Shown here piece by piece: positions 51,411 to 61,237 of a stretch of 64,000 bases of DNA. The stretch lies in assembly GCF_050176255.1 (NCBI RefSeq), contig NZ_JBFXIE010000008.1; one strand, written 5' to 3'. Position numbers and translations under genes: made by a program. This stretch comes from Diaphorobacter sp. (GTDB lineage: Bacteria > Pseudomonadota > Gammaproteobacteria > Burkholderiales > Burkholderiaceae_C). Position 1 is the first letter of the stretch. Each line of letters starts with the position of its first letter. The notes below the pieces were generated by a model. That model had not been told where the DNA came from. It made no database searches and saw only the letters and a list, made by a program, of their open reading frames with translations.

Positions 51411-53681
51411 TCACAAAACAAAACCGCCGGGTTGGTAAAGGTCGGCATCGCCTGCAAGGCCCAGAATGCTGCTGTATAGATTATCAGCATCTGCCAGCAC
51501 GTACAGGCCCGGCACGGGCAGCAAGAGATCGCCTTGCTGCAGCATCTTGTCAGCCTTCCATTTCGGGATACTTACGGTGTAGCGCTGCAATTTGCGCGTC
51601 AGCCAGCGCTGCGGGCCTTCTGCCGCCAGGATATTGAGCAGTTTGTCGATCGTGTTGCGCTGTGGTGCGTAGCGCACCACTACGGGGACACTGTCTTGAT
51701 CGTCAATCAGTCGGAAGGCTTGTGCGGCGGTCCGAAACTGCACGGCCAGCGTGCGTGGCTCCACCTTGAGCAGGCCAACGATGCCGTGCTTGTCCAAATC
51801 CACCGAGTGGTAGAACTCGGTGAAGTAGTGAGTAAAAAGGCCACGCGCCAACGGGTTGTGCGCCTGCCCCTGCAGGGTGGCGATGCACGCATCGGCGCCT
51901 TTACGCAAATGTCCGAGCGGGGGTTTCTCGGGCGGCACAAACACCACCACGCGCCCCATGCCGGGCAGCCGCCCTTCACGGTTGCAGCGACCCGCAGCCT
52001 GGACGATGGAGTCAAGCCCTGCCAGCGCGCGGTACACCACGGGAAAGTCGATGTCCACGCCCGCCTCTACCAGTTGGGTGCTGACCACGCGCAATGGCCG
52101 CAGGTCGCGCCCTTCGCGTTTGGCTTGTAGGCGTTGTTTGATTTCGGCAATGACATCCTTGCGATGCGCACCGCACATCAGAGCCGACAGGTGCAAGGTG
52201 CCCTCGGGCATCAGGCGCTGCAACTCGCGCGCGGCTTTGCGGGTGTTGACAATGGCCAGCACGCAATCCTCGGCGCCGAGCTGCGCGGCCAGGTCGGCCC
52301 AAGGGGTGGGTGTTGTCCAGTCGGCAGGAAGCTCTACCTGCACGCGCTGGAGGGCGTCGAACAGGGCATCGGGGTGATCGATGATTTCGCGTACGTTTTC
52401 CAGTCCGCGCAGGTTTTTATGGGCATCAAAGTACGTGGTGCTGGCCAGCGCTGGCTGGGTGGCGGTGCACAGCACCACCGTCACACCGTAGTGCGCCACC
52501 AGCAGCCTGAGCACATCCAGAATCGGTTGAAGAAAGTCGGGCGGTAGCTGCTGCGCCTCGTCCAGCACGATGACGCTGCCCACCAGGTTGTGCAGCTTGC
52601 GACAGCGTGAAGTTTTGGCGGCAAACAGTGATTCGAACAACTGCACGTTGGTGGTGACGACGAGGGGCGCATCCCAGTTTTCGCAGGCCAGGCGGCTGCG
52701 GGCGGTTTCGTCTTTCTCGGCGGCATCAAACTGACTGTGGTGCTCCACCAGCACCTCGTCGCCCAAGCCATGGAACACGTTGCGGAACACGTCCGCCGTC
52801 TGCTCGATGATGCTGATGTAGGGGATGGCGTAGATGATGCGGCGCTGGCCGTGGGCCTGCGCATGCTCCAGCGCAAACGCCAGGCTGGAGAGCGTTTTGC
52901 CGCCGCCCGTGGGTACGGTGAGCGAGAAAAACCCCTTGGGCAACGCAGCCTGGGCGCGACACTGGCGCAAGACATCCGCACGCAAGCGGTTGACCAGCGT
53001 GTTGGCGGCGGGCAGCGCCGCCATGTGGGCGTCAAATGCAGCGCGCATTTGCCCCAGCGTGGCAAAGCCTGTGCGGTGCGCGGGCTTGCCCGCATCAAAG
53101 TGCGCTTCGGTGTCCAGAAAGTCGGCATCCACAAGGCAAGAAAACAGCATGCGCACCCAGAGGGCAAAGCCTTCTGCGCCGCCCGGAATCACTCGTAAAT
53201 CAGGAGTGAAGCTACCTGGGCTCAATACCTCAGCGGGCGGGTTGGCTGCCAGCGTTTCTTTGAGCTCTTGCGCGCTGTCAGGGTGACGCAGCCGTAGCTG
53301 TAGGCCTTGGTGCCAGTCGTCCAGGCCTACGTGGTGCCCTGCAATCAGGTAGGCCAGTACGTGCGCGGCCAACTTGCCTTGGGCGCCATGGGTTGTTCCC
53401 AGTTGCTGCAAAGCCCACAGCGCGCCAGCAGCGGAATGGGTTTTTTCGCGCCCCCCCACTTTGCCTTCGATGTGCGCGTTTTCGCCATCGGCCAGACGCA
53501 CATAGCGTTGAAACCCGGGTCGGTATTTACCCAGGTCGTGCCACAGGCCAGCCAGATAGGCCCAGCGCAGCGTGGGCTCTGTGGCGTCAAAGGGCTGGGA
53601 AAAATCGGCCGCTAGCGCAGCCACCTGGTTCAGATGTTCAGCCAGCAAATGCCCGCCCGAATGGGCCCAGGGTGTTGACAT
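51411..53681 (-). CDS. cas3: CRISPR-associated helicase/nuclease Cas3 (HD + SF2 helicase)
   Basis: HD motif LAGLWHDLGK, Walker A VPTGGGKT, DEAQ box VIVLDEAQ. Confidence 0.95.
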   Translation of the reverse strand: MSTPWAHSGGHLLAEHLNQVAALAADFSQPFDATEPTLRWAYLAGLWHDLGKYRPGFQRYVRLADGENAHIEGKVGGREKTHSAAGALWALQQLGTTHGAQGKLAAHVLAYLIAGHHVGLDDWHQGLQLRLRHPDSAQELKETLAANPPAEVLSPGSFTPDLRVIPGGAEGFALWVRMLFSCLVDADFLDTEAHFDAGKPAHRTGFATLGQMRAAFDAHMAALPAANTLVNRLRADVLRQCRAQAALPKGFFSLTVPTGGGKTLSSLAFALEHAQAHGQRRIIYAIPYISIIEQTADVFRNVFHGLGDEVLVEHHSQFDAAEKDETARSRLACENWDAPLVVTTNVQLFESLFAAKTSRCRKLHNLVGSVIVLDEAQQLPPDFLQPILDVLRLLVAHYGVTVVLCTATQPALASTTYFDAHKNLRGLENVREIIDHPDALFDALQRVQVELPADWTTPTPWADLAAQLGAEDCVLAIVNTRKAARELQRLMPEGTLHLSALMCGAHRKDVIAEIKQRLQAKREGRDLRPLRVVSTQLVEAGVDIDFPVVYRALAGLDSIVQAAGRCNREGRLPGMGRVVVFVPPEKPPLGHLRKGADACIATLQGQAHNPLARGLFTHYFTEFYHSVDLDKHGIVGLLKVEPRTLAVQFRTAAQAFRLIDDQDSVPVVVRYAPQRNTIDKLLNILAAEGPQRWLTRKLQRYTVSIPKWKADKMLQQGDLLLPVPGLYVLADADNLYSSILGLAGDADLYQPGGFVL

Positions 53682-53772
53682 AGAGCCTCCCGCTCATGCT
53701 GTTGTATGCCGTGAATACGCACGCCGAGGAGGTGTCATGGCGCCCTCCTTTGCGGCCATGATAGGCAGGCTC

Positions 53773-55152
53773 TTACTGCGCCGCCGGCAGGCACAGCCGC
53801 AGCCGCGCGCCGCCCAGCGGCGAGGCCAGGGCCTGTACGCTGCCGCCGTAGGTCTGGGCCAGCGTGCGCACGATGTCCAGGCCCAGGCCCGCGCCGGGGC
53901 GCTGCTCGTCCAGCTGCACGCCGCGCTCGAACATGCGCTCGCGCAGCGCCTCGGCAATGCCGGGGCCGTCGTCATCGATGGTGAAGCACAGCTGGCTGCC
54001 CTCGCGCTGCACGTCCACCACCACGCGTGTGCGCGCCCATTTGCCGGCGTTGTCGATCAGGTTGCCCAGCAGTTCGTACAGGTCTTGTTCCTCGCCGCGA
54101 AAGGCGGCGTCTCGGGCGCCGTCTTGCGCCTGCGGCGCCAGCTCGAACGTCAGCTGGCGGTCGGCATGCAGGCGCTGCATGGTGCGCAGCAGCGCCTGCA
54201 GCGGCGCCAGCACCGGCGTGCGCAGCCCGGTGGCGCGCACGGCGGCGGCCGCGCGGGCGCGGGCCAGGTGGTAGTCCACCTGGCGGCGTGCGCTGGCCAC
54301 CTGCTCGGTCACCAGTTGCGCCAGCGGCGTGCCCTCTTGCGCCGCGGCGTTGGCCAGGATGGACAGCGGCGTGTGCACCGCGTGCGCCAGGTTGCCCGCC
54401 TGGGTGCGGGCGCGCTGCACCATGTCGGCGTTTTCAAGCAGCACGTGGTTGAACTCGCTCACCAGTGGCTGCAGCTCTTGCGGAAAGCATCCCTGCAGCC
54501 GCGTGGACTGGCCGCCGCGCACGGTGGCCAGCTGCTCGCGCAGCCGCTGCAGGGGGCGCAGGGCCAGGTGCAGCTGCACCGCAACTGCCACGGCCAGGCC
54601 CAGCGTCAGCAGGCCCAGCGCGGTCAGCAGCAGGCGGGTGAAGCGCTGCAGCGGCTCGGCCAGCAGCGCGGTGTCGCCCGCCACGGCCAGGCGCAGCGGC
54701 GGGGCGCCGTCTTCGGGCAATTGCAGGGTGCGCGCCACGGTCAGCAGTGCGTGGCCCTGGCTGTCGTGCAGCTGCAGCACGCGAAAGCCGCGCGCGGGGT
54801 AGTCGCCCGCCACGGGCGGCAGCGCCAGCACCTGGTCCCAAAGCGAGCGCGAACGTGCCACCGCCTCTTGCGGCGCGGCGCCCAGCTGATCCACTTGCCA
54901 GTACAGGCCCGACAGCGGCTGTGCCAGGCGCGGGTCGAAGGCCACGGGCGCCACGCGGGTGCCGCCCTGGGGTGTCCAGTCCACGGCGGCGCTCAGCTGG
55001 TCCAGTTGCACCACCAGCTGCGCCTGCAGCTGCTGGGTGATGTGGTCCTGGAACAGCGCGCGCAGCGCCCAGCCTGCCAGCGCGACGCTGAGCAGCATCC
55101 AGGCCAGCGTGCCCGCCAGCAGGCGCAGGCGCAGCGAGCCGCCCGCCGTCAT
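53773..55152 (-). CDS. Two-component sensor histidine kinase (PhoQ/QseC-like)
   Basis: Two TM segments, H-box HAVHTPLSIL, N/G boxes (LIDNAGKW, DDGPGI, GAGLGL). Start MTAGGS at 55152 overlaps the RR stop (ATGA). Confidence 0.87.
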   Translation of the reverse strand: MTAGGSLRLRLLAGTLAWMLLSVALAGWALRALFQDHITQQLQAQLVVQLDQLSAAVDWTPQGGTRVAPVAFDPRLAQPLSGLYWQVDQLGAAPQEAVARSRSLWDQVLALPPVAGDYPARGFRVLQLHDSQGHALLTVARTLQLPEDGAPPLRLAVAGDTALLAEPLQRFTRLLLTALGLLTLGLAVAVAVQLHLALRPLQRLREQLATVRGGQSTRLQGCFPQELQPLVSEFNHVLLENADMVQRARTQAGNLAHAVHTPLSILANAAAQEGTPLAQLVTEQVASARRQVDYHLARARAAAAVRATGLRTPVLAPLQALLRTMQRLHADRQLTFELAPQAQDGARDAAFRGEEQDLYELLGNLIDNAGKWARTRVVVDVQREGSQLCFTIDDDGPGIAEALRERMFERGVQLDEQRPGAGLGLDIVRTLAQTYGGSVQALASPLGGARLRLCLPAAQ

Positions 55153-55820
55153 GGCGCAGCGCCGGCGTCCACCAGCCGGTAGCCCAGGCCGCGCACGGTC
55201 TCGATGCTGCCCGGCGGCAGCTTCTTGCGCAGGCGGCCGACAAAGACCTCGATGGTGTTGGAGTCGCGGTCGCTGTCGTGCGGGTAGATGTGCTCGGACA
55301 GCAGGGTGCGGGGCAGCACCTGGCCCTTGCGCTGCATCAACAGCGACAGCAGCTTGAACTCGTGGCTGGTCAGCGTGAGCGGCTGGCCGTCCACCAGCAC
55401 GCGCGCCTGGCGCGTGTCCAGCCAGATCGGGCCGCACTGCCACTGCGCGCTGGCGTGCTCGCCCAGGCGGCGCAGCAGGGCGCGCAGGCGCGCCAGCAGC
55501 TCTTCCATGTGAAAGGGTTTGGCCAGGTAGTCATCGGCCCCCGCGTCCATGCCGGCCACCTTCTCGTGCCAGACGCTGCGCGCGGTGAGGATCAGCACCG
55601 GCATGTTGCGCCCCGCCGCGCGCCAGCGGCGCAGCACCGACAAGCCGTCCAGCACGGGCAGGCCCAGGTCCAGCACCACGGCGTCAAAGTCTTCCACCTC
55701 GCCCAGGTAATGCGCCTGGGCGCCGTCGCTGGCGTGTTCCACCGTGTGGCCCGCCGCGGCAATGGCCTGCACCAGCTGGGCGCAGAGGGTGGGTTCGTCT
55801 TCCACGACGAGGATGCGCAT
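55149..55820 (-). CDS. OmpR-family response regulator
   Basis: MRILVVEDE...DAVVLDLGLP receiver domain and winged-helix C-terminus (TVRGLGYRL). AAGGAG lies 8 nt upstream of the ATG at 55820. Confidence 0.92.
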   Translation of the reverse strand: MRILVVEDEPTLCAQLVQAIAAAGHTVEHASDGAQAHYLGEVEDFDAVVLDLGLPVLDGLSVLRRWRAAGRNMPVLILTARSVWHEKVAGMDAGADDYLAKPFHMEELLARLRALLRRLGEHASAQWQCGPIWLDTRQARVLVDGQPLTLTSHEFKLLSLLMQRKGQVLPRTLLSEHIYPHDSDRDSNTIEVFVGRLRKKLPPGSIETVRGLGYRLVDAGAAP

Positions 55821-56137
55821 CAAGGCTCCTTGCGTTTGATCTTCAGCACCTGGCCGTTGACCGCGTCCACTATCAGTTTGGCCACGCGGCCGTCGCTTTG
55901 CAGCAGGCGGATCTCGTAGAGATAGCGGCCGTCATCATGCTCGAACTCCACCTTCAGCACCTGGCCCTGGTGGTCGCGCTCGACCTTGTCGATCACCGTG
56001 CGCAGCGGCAGCACCTGGCCCTGCTGCAGCGCCTTGCGGGCCAGCTCATGGTCACGCTCATCGGCATGCAACGCGCCGCCTGTGGCGCCGGCGCCCACAA
56101 GCAGCAGCATGGCAAAGAGGCGGCGCAAGGTGTTCAT
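55820..56137 (-). CDS. PepSY domain-containing periplasmic protein
   Basis: Signal peptide followed by GQVLKVEFEHDDGRYLYEIRLLQSDGRVAKLIVDAVNGQVL, a PepSY-like beta pattern. Confidence 0.7.
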   Translation of the reverse strand: MNTLRRLFAMLLLVGAGATGGALHADERDHELARKALQQGQVLPLRTVIDKVERDHQGQVLKVEFEHDDGRYLYEIRLLQSDGRVAKLIVDAVNGQVLKIKRKEP

Positions 56138-56251
56138 GGGCTGTGGTTATACGGGCGCGGCGATGAACGACGGATGAACGTGGCCTTCAGCACCGGTTCA
56201 GACTGGTTTTTCAACAATCACGGCAAGCCTTGACGAACCAAAGGAGCCCCC

Positions 56252-56626
56252 ATGAAACACCCCGCCCCCATGCTGGCCCTGTGCCTTGCCCTCGGCGCCG
56301 CCCCGGCGCTGGCGGACGACGACTGCGACGCCCCCGCGCAGAACTGGCAATCGCGTGACGCGGTACTGCGCCACGCCACTGCCCAGGGCTGGCAGGTGCA
56401 GCGCATCAAGATCGACGACGGTTGCTACGAGGTGCGCGGCCGCGACGCCCAGGGCCGCAGCTTCAAGGCCAAGCTGGACCCCCAGACGCTGCGCGTGTTG
56501 AAGATGAAGCTGCGTGGCGGCGATGACGACGGGCACGACCGCGACCGCTACCGCGGCGCCGCACCGGCCCCGGCCCACAGCCCCGTGCTGACCCCCGGCA
56601 CCACGCCGCGCGGCCAGATCGAATAA
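56252..56626 (+). CDS. PepSY-like secreted protein
   Basis: Signal peptide followed by GWQVQRIKIDDGCYEVRGRDAQGRSFKAKLDPQTLRVL. Confidence 0.6.
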   Translation: MKHPAPMLALCLALGAAPALADDDCDAPAQNWQSRDAVLRHATAQGWQVQRIKIDDGCYEVRGRDAQGRSFKAKLDPQTLRVLKMKLRGGDDDGHDRDRYRGAAPAPAHSPVLTPGTTPRGQIE

Positions 56627-56653
56627 CCCCCCCCTTTTTTCTGGAGACTTTCC

Positions 56654-57136
56654 ATGTCCCACACCAAACCCCTGCTGACCACCCTGGCTGCCGCCTGTGC
56701 GCTGGCCGTGCCTGCCCTGGCGCAAGCCCGGCAGGTCACGCTGACCACCCAGCTCAAGAACTATGGCGGTGACGGCGCCTACCTGGCCGTGTACCTCACC
56801 GACCCCAAGGGCGCCTACGCCGGCACGCTGTGGGTGGCGGGCGGTAAGGCCAAGTACTACAAGCACCTGGCGGACTGGAACCGCCTGTCCGCCAGCGACA
56901 GCCGGCGCCTGCAGGGCGTGACCGGCGCCAGCGTGGGCGCGGGCCGCACGCTGAAGGTGACGGCCGACCTGGCCGATGCGCTGCTGGATGCGGGCTACGA
57001 GATCCGCATCGACGCCGCCGCCGAGGACATGCGCGACAGCCCCTCGGAAATCCGCGTGCCGCTGTCCAACGCCCAGGCCGGCAAGCCGCAGGCGGGCAAG
57101 CAGTACATCCAGTCGTTCAGCTACCAACTCAAGTAA
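56654..57136 (+). CDS. DUF2271-like secreted protein
   Basis: Signal peptide. YLAVYLTDPKGAYAGTLWVAGGKAKYYKHLADW pattern and conserved context with a PepSY-TM reductase and ApbE. Confidence 0.6.
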   Translation: MSHTKPLLTTLAAACALAVPALAQARQVTLTTQLKNYGGDGAYLAVYLTDPKGAYAGTLWVAGGKAKYYKHLADWNRLSASDSRRLQGVTGASVGAGRTLKVTADLADALLDAGYEIRIDAAAEDMRDSPSEIRVPLSNAQAGKPQAGKQYIQSFSYQLK

Positions 57137-57151
57137 GCAAAGGGGGCAACC

Positions 57152-59326
57152 ATGGTTTGGCGGCAACTCCACCGCTGGCTGGGTTTGGTGGCGGGCACGA
57201 TCGCGCTGGTGCTGGGCATCACTGGCACGCTGCTGGCGCTCGACCCGCTGCGCAACGCCTGGCAGGCGGCACCCGCGGCGCAGGATGTGCCGGTGGCCAC
57301 GCTGGTGCAGCGCGTGCAGGCCAGCGTGCCGGGCGCGGAGGAAATCCGCCGCCTGCCCTCGGGCGGCATCGTGGTCCATGCGTTCGACAACGGCCAGGCC
57401 CAGGCCCTGCGCGTGGACCCGGCAGACGGGCGCGTGCTGGGCGGCTACCAGCCCTCGCTGCTGCCGCGCTGGGTCAAGAACCTGCACCGCGCATTGTTGA
57501 TGGGCGATGGCGGGCGCATGGCCGCCGCCGTGGTGGCGCTGGCCATGCTGGGGCTGTCGGTCACCGGCCTGGTGCTGCTGCAGCGCCGCATGGGCGGCTG
57601 GCGCCACTTGGCCGGGCCGGTGCGCGGCACGCTGGCGCAGCGCCTGCACGTGCTGGCTGGGCGGGTGGCGCTGCCGGTGCTGGCAGTGTCGGCCGCTGCG
57701 GCGCTGGTGATGAGCGCGGCTACCTTTGGTTTGATGCCGCTGGACGCCGGGGCAGAGCCCGACGTGGCGTCCGTGCAAGGCAGCCAGCTCGCCCTGCCGG
57801 CCGGGCAGCTGCCTCTGCTGCAGAGCCTGCGCGTGCAAGACCTGCGCAAGCTCAACCTGCCCGCCGCCGACGACCCGCAGGACATCTGGCGCGTGACCAC
57901 CGCCCAGGGCCAGGGCTGGGTGGACCGCTACAGCGGCCAGACGCTGGCCTGGCAGGACGCCACGGCCGCGCAGCGCGTGCACGACTGGGCGCTGCTGCTG
58001 CACACCGGCGAGGGCGCCTGGGTCTGGGCGTTGCTGTTGGGCGCCATGGGGGCCAGCATCCCGCTGTTCTGGACCACGGGCGCGCTGCTGTGGTGGCAGG
58101 CGCGCCGCAGCCGCCCGCGCATTGCCGACAACAGTCCGCTGGCGCAGGCCGACAGCCTGATCTTTGTGGCCAGCGAAGGCGGCAGCACCTGGGGCTTTGC
58201 CCAGGCCCTGCATGCCGCGCTGGTGGCCGCGGGCCAGCGCGTGCACACCGCGGCGCTGGAGCACTGGCGCGTGCCGCCCGCCGCGCGCTACGTCTATGTG
58301 CTGGCCGCTACCTATGGCGACGGCCAGGCGCCCGCCCATGCGGCGCGCGCACTGGACGCCATCGCGCGCCAACCCGCAACCACCGCGCAGGTCGCGGTGC
58401 TGGGTTTTGGCGACCGGCAGTTCCCTGCCTTCTGCGCCTTTGCCGAGGCGCTGGAGCAGGCGCTGCGCCGCCAGGGCTGGCCCGCGCTGCTGCCGCTGGA
58501 GCGCATCCACCAGCAATCTGCCCAGGAGTTTGCGCGCTGGGGCCAGGCCCTGGCGCAGGCCCTGGGCCAGCCCTTGCCCATCGACTACCGGCCGCGCCTG
58601 CCGCGCACCGTGGCGCTCACGCTCATGTCGCGGCAGGACTTTGCGGGCGGGGCGGGCCAGCCCGCGGCCATCCTGCGCTTTGCCCTGCCCGGTCGGGGGC
58701 TGCCCCGCTTTGCCGCGGGCGACCTGATCGGCATCGTGCCGCCCGGCCAGGCCGTGCCGCGCTACTACTCGCTGGCCTCGGGCAGCGGTGATGGTTTTGT
58801 TGAAATCTGCGTGCGCCGCATGCCCGGCGGTGTGTGCTCGGGCCACCTGCATGCCCTGCAACCGGGCGACAGCGTGCAGGCCTTCATCCGCCCCAACCCT
58901 GGCTTCGCGCTGCCCGCCGGCCGCGCGCCCGTGCTGCTGATTGGCGCGGGCACCGGCGTGGCGCCGCTGGCGGGCTTCATCCGCGGCAACACGCGCCACC
59001 GGCCCATGCACCTGTACTACGGCGCACGCGGCCCGGCGCGGGACTTTTACTTCGGCACCGAACTGCAGGACTGGCAGGCCGACGGCCGACTGGCGGGGCT
59101 GCACACCACGTTCTCGCGCCTGCCGGACGGCGGCGGCTACGTGCAGCAGGCCCTGCAGCGTGATGCCGCGCAGCTGCGCGACCTGCTGGCGCAGGGCGCC
59201 CTGGTGCGCGTGTGCGGCAGCCGCCCCATGGCACAGGGCGTGGCGCAGGTGCTGCAATCGCTGCTGAGCCCGCCGGGACTGGCACAACTGAAGGCACAAG
59301 GACGCTATGCCGAAGACCTTTTTTAA
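57152..59326 (+). CDS. PepSY-associated TM protein fused to flavodoxin and FAD/NAD(P)-binding reductase domains (sulfite reductase flavoprotein-like)
   Basis: 724 aa. N-terminal TM/PepSY_TM region, flavodoxin-like LIFVASEGGSTWGFA, FNR-like RYYSLAS and GAGTGVAP motifs. Confidence 0.75.
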   Translation: MVWRQLHRWLGLVAGTIALVLGITGTLLALDPLRNAWQAAPAAQDVPVATLVQRVQASVPGAEEIRRLPSGGIVVHAFDNGQAQALRVDPADGRVLGGYQPSLLPRWVKNLHRALLMGDGGRMAAAVVALAMLGLSVTGLVLLQRRMGGWRHLAGPVRGTLAQRLHVLAGRVALPVLAVSAAAALVMSAATFGLMPLDAGAEPDVASVQGSQLALPAGQLPLLQSLRVQDLRKLNLPAADDPQDIWRVTTAQGQGWVDRYSGQTLAWQDATAAQRVHDWALLLHTGEGAWVWALLLGAMGASIPLFWTTGALLWWQARRSRPRIADNSPLAQADSLIFVASEGGSTWGFAQALHAALVAAGQRVHTAALEHWRVPPAARYVYVLAATYGDGQAPAHAARALDAIARQPATTAQVAVLGFGDRQFPAFCAFAEALEQALRRQGWPALLPLERIHQQSAQEFARWGQALAQALGQPLPIDYRPRLPRTVALTLMSRQDFAGGAGQPAAILRFALPGRGLPRFAAGDLIGIVPPGQAVPRYYSLASGSGDGFVEICVRRMPGGVCSGHLHALQPGDSVQAFIRPNPGFALPAGRAPVLLIGAGTGVAPLAGFIRGNTRHRPMHLYYGARGPARDFYFGTELQDWQADGRLAGLHTTFSRLPDGGGYVQQALQRDAAQLRDLLAQGALVRVCGSRPMAQGVAQVLQSLLSPPGLAQLKAQGRYAEDLF

Positions 59327-60284
59327 GCCGCAACGGCTGACCCTGCACGGCCCCACCATGGGCACGCGCTGGTCCGTCACCTGCGATGTGCCGCCCGGCA
59401 CCGATGCGCACGCGCTGGAGCAGGCCCTGGCCGCGGCCGTGCAGCAGGTGGACGCGCAAATGTCGCCCTGGCTGGCGGGTAGCGACCTCAACCGCCTGAA
59501 CCACGCGGCGCCGGGCGCCTGGGTGACCCTGCCGCCCGAAATTCTGGAGGTACTGGCCTGCGCGCTGGACATTTGCCGCCTGAGCGGCGGCGCTTTCGAC
59601 CCCGCCGTGGGCGCGCTGGTTGACGCCTGGGGCTTTGGCGCCGCGCGCGACGCGCCCGACGCCGCGGCCATCCGCGCCGCTGCCGCAGTTGCAGGCGCGC
59701 CCCGCCCGCCCACCCATCAGGCGCTGGAAATCGACCGCGCCGCAGGCCGTGCCCGCAAGCACGCGCCGCTGCAGCTGGATCTGTGCGGCATTGCCAAGGG
59801 CTACGGGGTAGATCGCATGGCCGACGTGCTGCGCCAGCACGCCGTAGAACATGCGCTGGTGGCGCTGGACGGCGAGCTGCGTGCCGTGGGCGCCCAGGCC
59901 AGCGGACAGCCCTGGGCGGTGGCCGTGGAAAGCCCCCAGGCCGGGCGCCGCGCGGTGCATGGCGTGGTCGATCTGCAAGACCTGGCCGTCGCCACATCGG
60001 GCGACTACCGGCGCTACCTGCAGGTGGGCAGCGAGCGCCTGGCGCACACCATGGACGCGCGCCGCACCGCGCCCGTGCGCAACGAGGTGGCCAGCGTCAC
60101 GGTGCTGGCGCGTCAGTGCATGCATGCCGACGCCTGGGCCACGGCCCTGCTGGTTGCAGGCCCCGGCGAGGGGCTGGCCCTGGCCCAGCGCATGGGGCTG
60201 GAGGCGCTGTGGCTGCTGCGCCGTGGCGGCGGGCTGGTCACGCTGGGGCTGGGGCGGTTTGGCGCGGGCGGGGCTACCCCATGA
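59307..60284 (+). CDS. apbE: FAD:protein FMN transferase ApbE
   Basis: LHGPTMGTRWSV N-terminus, CGIAKGYGVD, ATSGDYRRY motifs. Confidence 0.85.
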   Translation: MPKTFFKPQRLTLHGPTMGTRWSVTCDVPPGTDAHALEQALAAAVQQVDAQMSPWLAGSDLNRLNHAAPGAWVTLPPEILEVLACALDICRLSGGAFDPAVGALVDAWGFGAARDAPDAAAIRAAAAVAGAPRPPTHQALEIDRAAGRARKHAPLQLDLCGIAKGYGVDRMADVLRQHAVEHALVALDGELRAVGAQASGQPWAVAVESPQAGRRAVHGVVDLQDLAVATSGDYRRYLQVGSERLAHTMDARRTAPVRNEVASVTVLARQCMHADAWATALLVAGPGEGLALAQRMGLEALWLLRRGGGLVTLGLGRFGAGGATP

Positions 60285-60393
60285 ACCGCGGGTGAATCCC
60301 GCATTCAGCAATGATTCACCGTGCCCCGTGCACACTGTCGGCTCAGCCTCTCGGCCAATGCTGGCTGCACCCCCCTGGCACAAGGAGTTCATC

Positions 60394-60708
60394 ATGCGCA
60401 CCCACATCACTCTTACCGCGATCGCAATGCTGGTAGCCGCCTTGGGCGCCCCGGCTCTCGCAGGCGACCGTGATCATCGACAGGAACGCAACCACGCGCG
60501 CGAGCGCGCCATGCGCTGCGCGGACAACGCCGGTCAGGGCATGCAGGTCGTTCCCAACGATGCGGGCGCCCAGGAGCGCGCCCATGGGTGGCAATACTTC
60601 TCGGACCCCGCAGCCTGCCGCGCCGTCGTCATCAGCCCGCAGGGGGACTATTACTTCAGCCAGGGCCGGGGCTTGCGCTGGGTGGCTGCCGCCCAGCCCG
60701 ACGCCTGA
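60394..60708 (+). CDS. Small secreted hypothetical protein
   Basis: AAGGAG RBS and signal peptide MRTHITLTAIAMLVAALGAPALA. 104 aa, in frame with the tail of ORF 59851..60708. Confidence 0.45.
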   Translation: MRTHITLTAIAMLVAALGAPALAGDRDHRQERNHARERAMRCADNAGQGMQVVPNDAGAQERAHGWQYFSDPAACRAVVISPQGDYYFSQGRGLRWVAAAQPDA

Positions 60709-60754
60709 GAGCGTGTTTACGATCTGACGGGTGGACGGCGCGGCACGCGCGCCG

Positions 60755-61231
60755 TCAGCGTGCCGCGCCGCCCGGCTCCGTGCCCGCCCACGCCGCGGCC
60801 TGCAATGCCGCCGGCAGTTCATGGGCCAGCGCCTGTTCCTCGCGCGCGTGGTGGTGCTCCAGCACATGGCGCAGCGCATGTGCCGCATCCAGCAGCATCA
60901 GCACCGCGGCGCGGCGGTCCTGCTCGTCCTGCGGCGGCTGATCGGCCACGGCTTGCACCTTCAGCGCATATTCATCGGCCAGCAGCGCGATGCGGTCATG
61001 TTCCAGCCGGTACACCCGCGCCGCCCAGCGGGCGCCTGCGGGCACGTGGGGCAGCAGGCGGGTGTTTTCGACCTCGATGTGTTGCGCCAGGTTGGCGCGC
61101 CAGCGCTGCAGGTGCTGCAACGCGCTGGCAAAGTCGGCGCCCGCCACGTCCAGCAGATGGGCGTGCAACTGCGCGTCCAGCAGTGTGTGCTGGTGCCCAA
61201 AAAAAGCGGCGGGTGCGCTCATGGTCTGCAA
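60755..61231 (-). CDS. Hypothetical His-rich helical protein (possibly hemerythrin/HHE-like)
   Basis: 158-aa ORF in the GC3-rich frame. Spaced H/E residues (HQH..., EHD..., LEHHHAREE). Function not established. Confidence 0.45.
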   Translation of the reverse strand: MQTMSAPAAFFGHQHTLLDAQLHAHLLDVAGADFASALQHLQRWRANLAQHIEVENTRLLPHVPAGARWAARVYRLEHDRIALLADEYALKVQAVADQPPQDEQDRRAAVLMLLDAAHALRHVLEHHHAREEQALAHELPAALQAAAWAGTEPGGAAR

Positions 61232-61237
61232 CCTGCC

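Noticed and set aside
53727-53749. AGGAGG-N11-CCTCCT hairpin between the histidine kinase and cas3, considered as a terminator.
   Set aside because: The stem is only 6 bp with a large loop and no U-tract on the transcribed strand, which is too weak to call.
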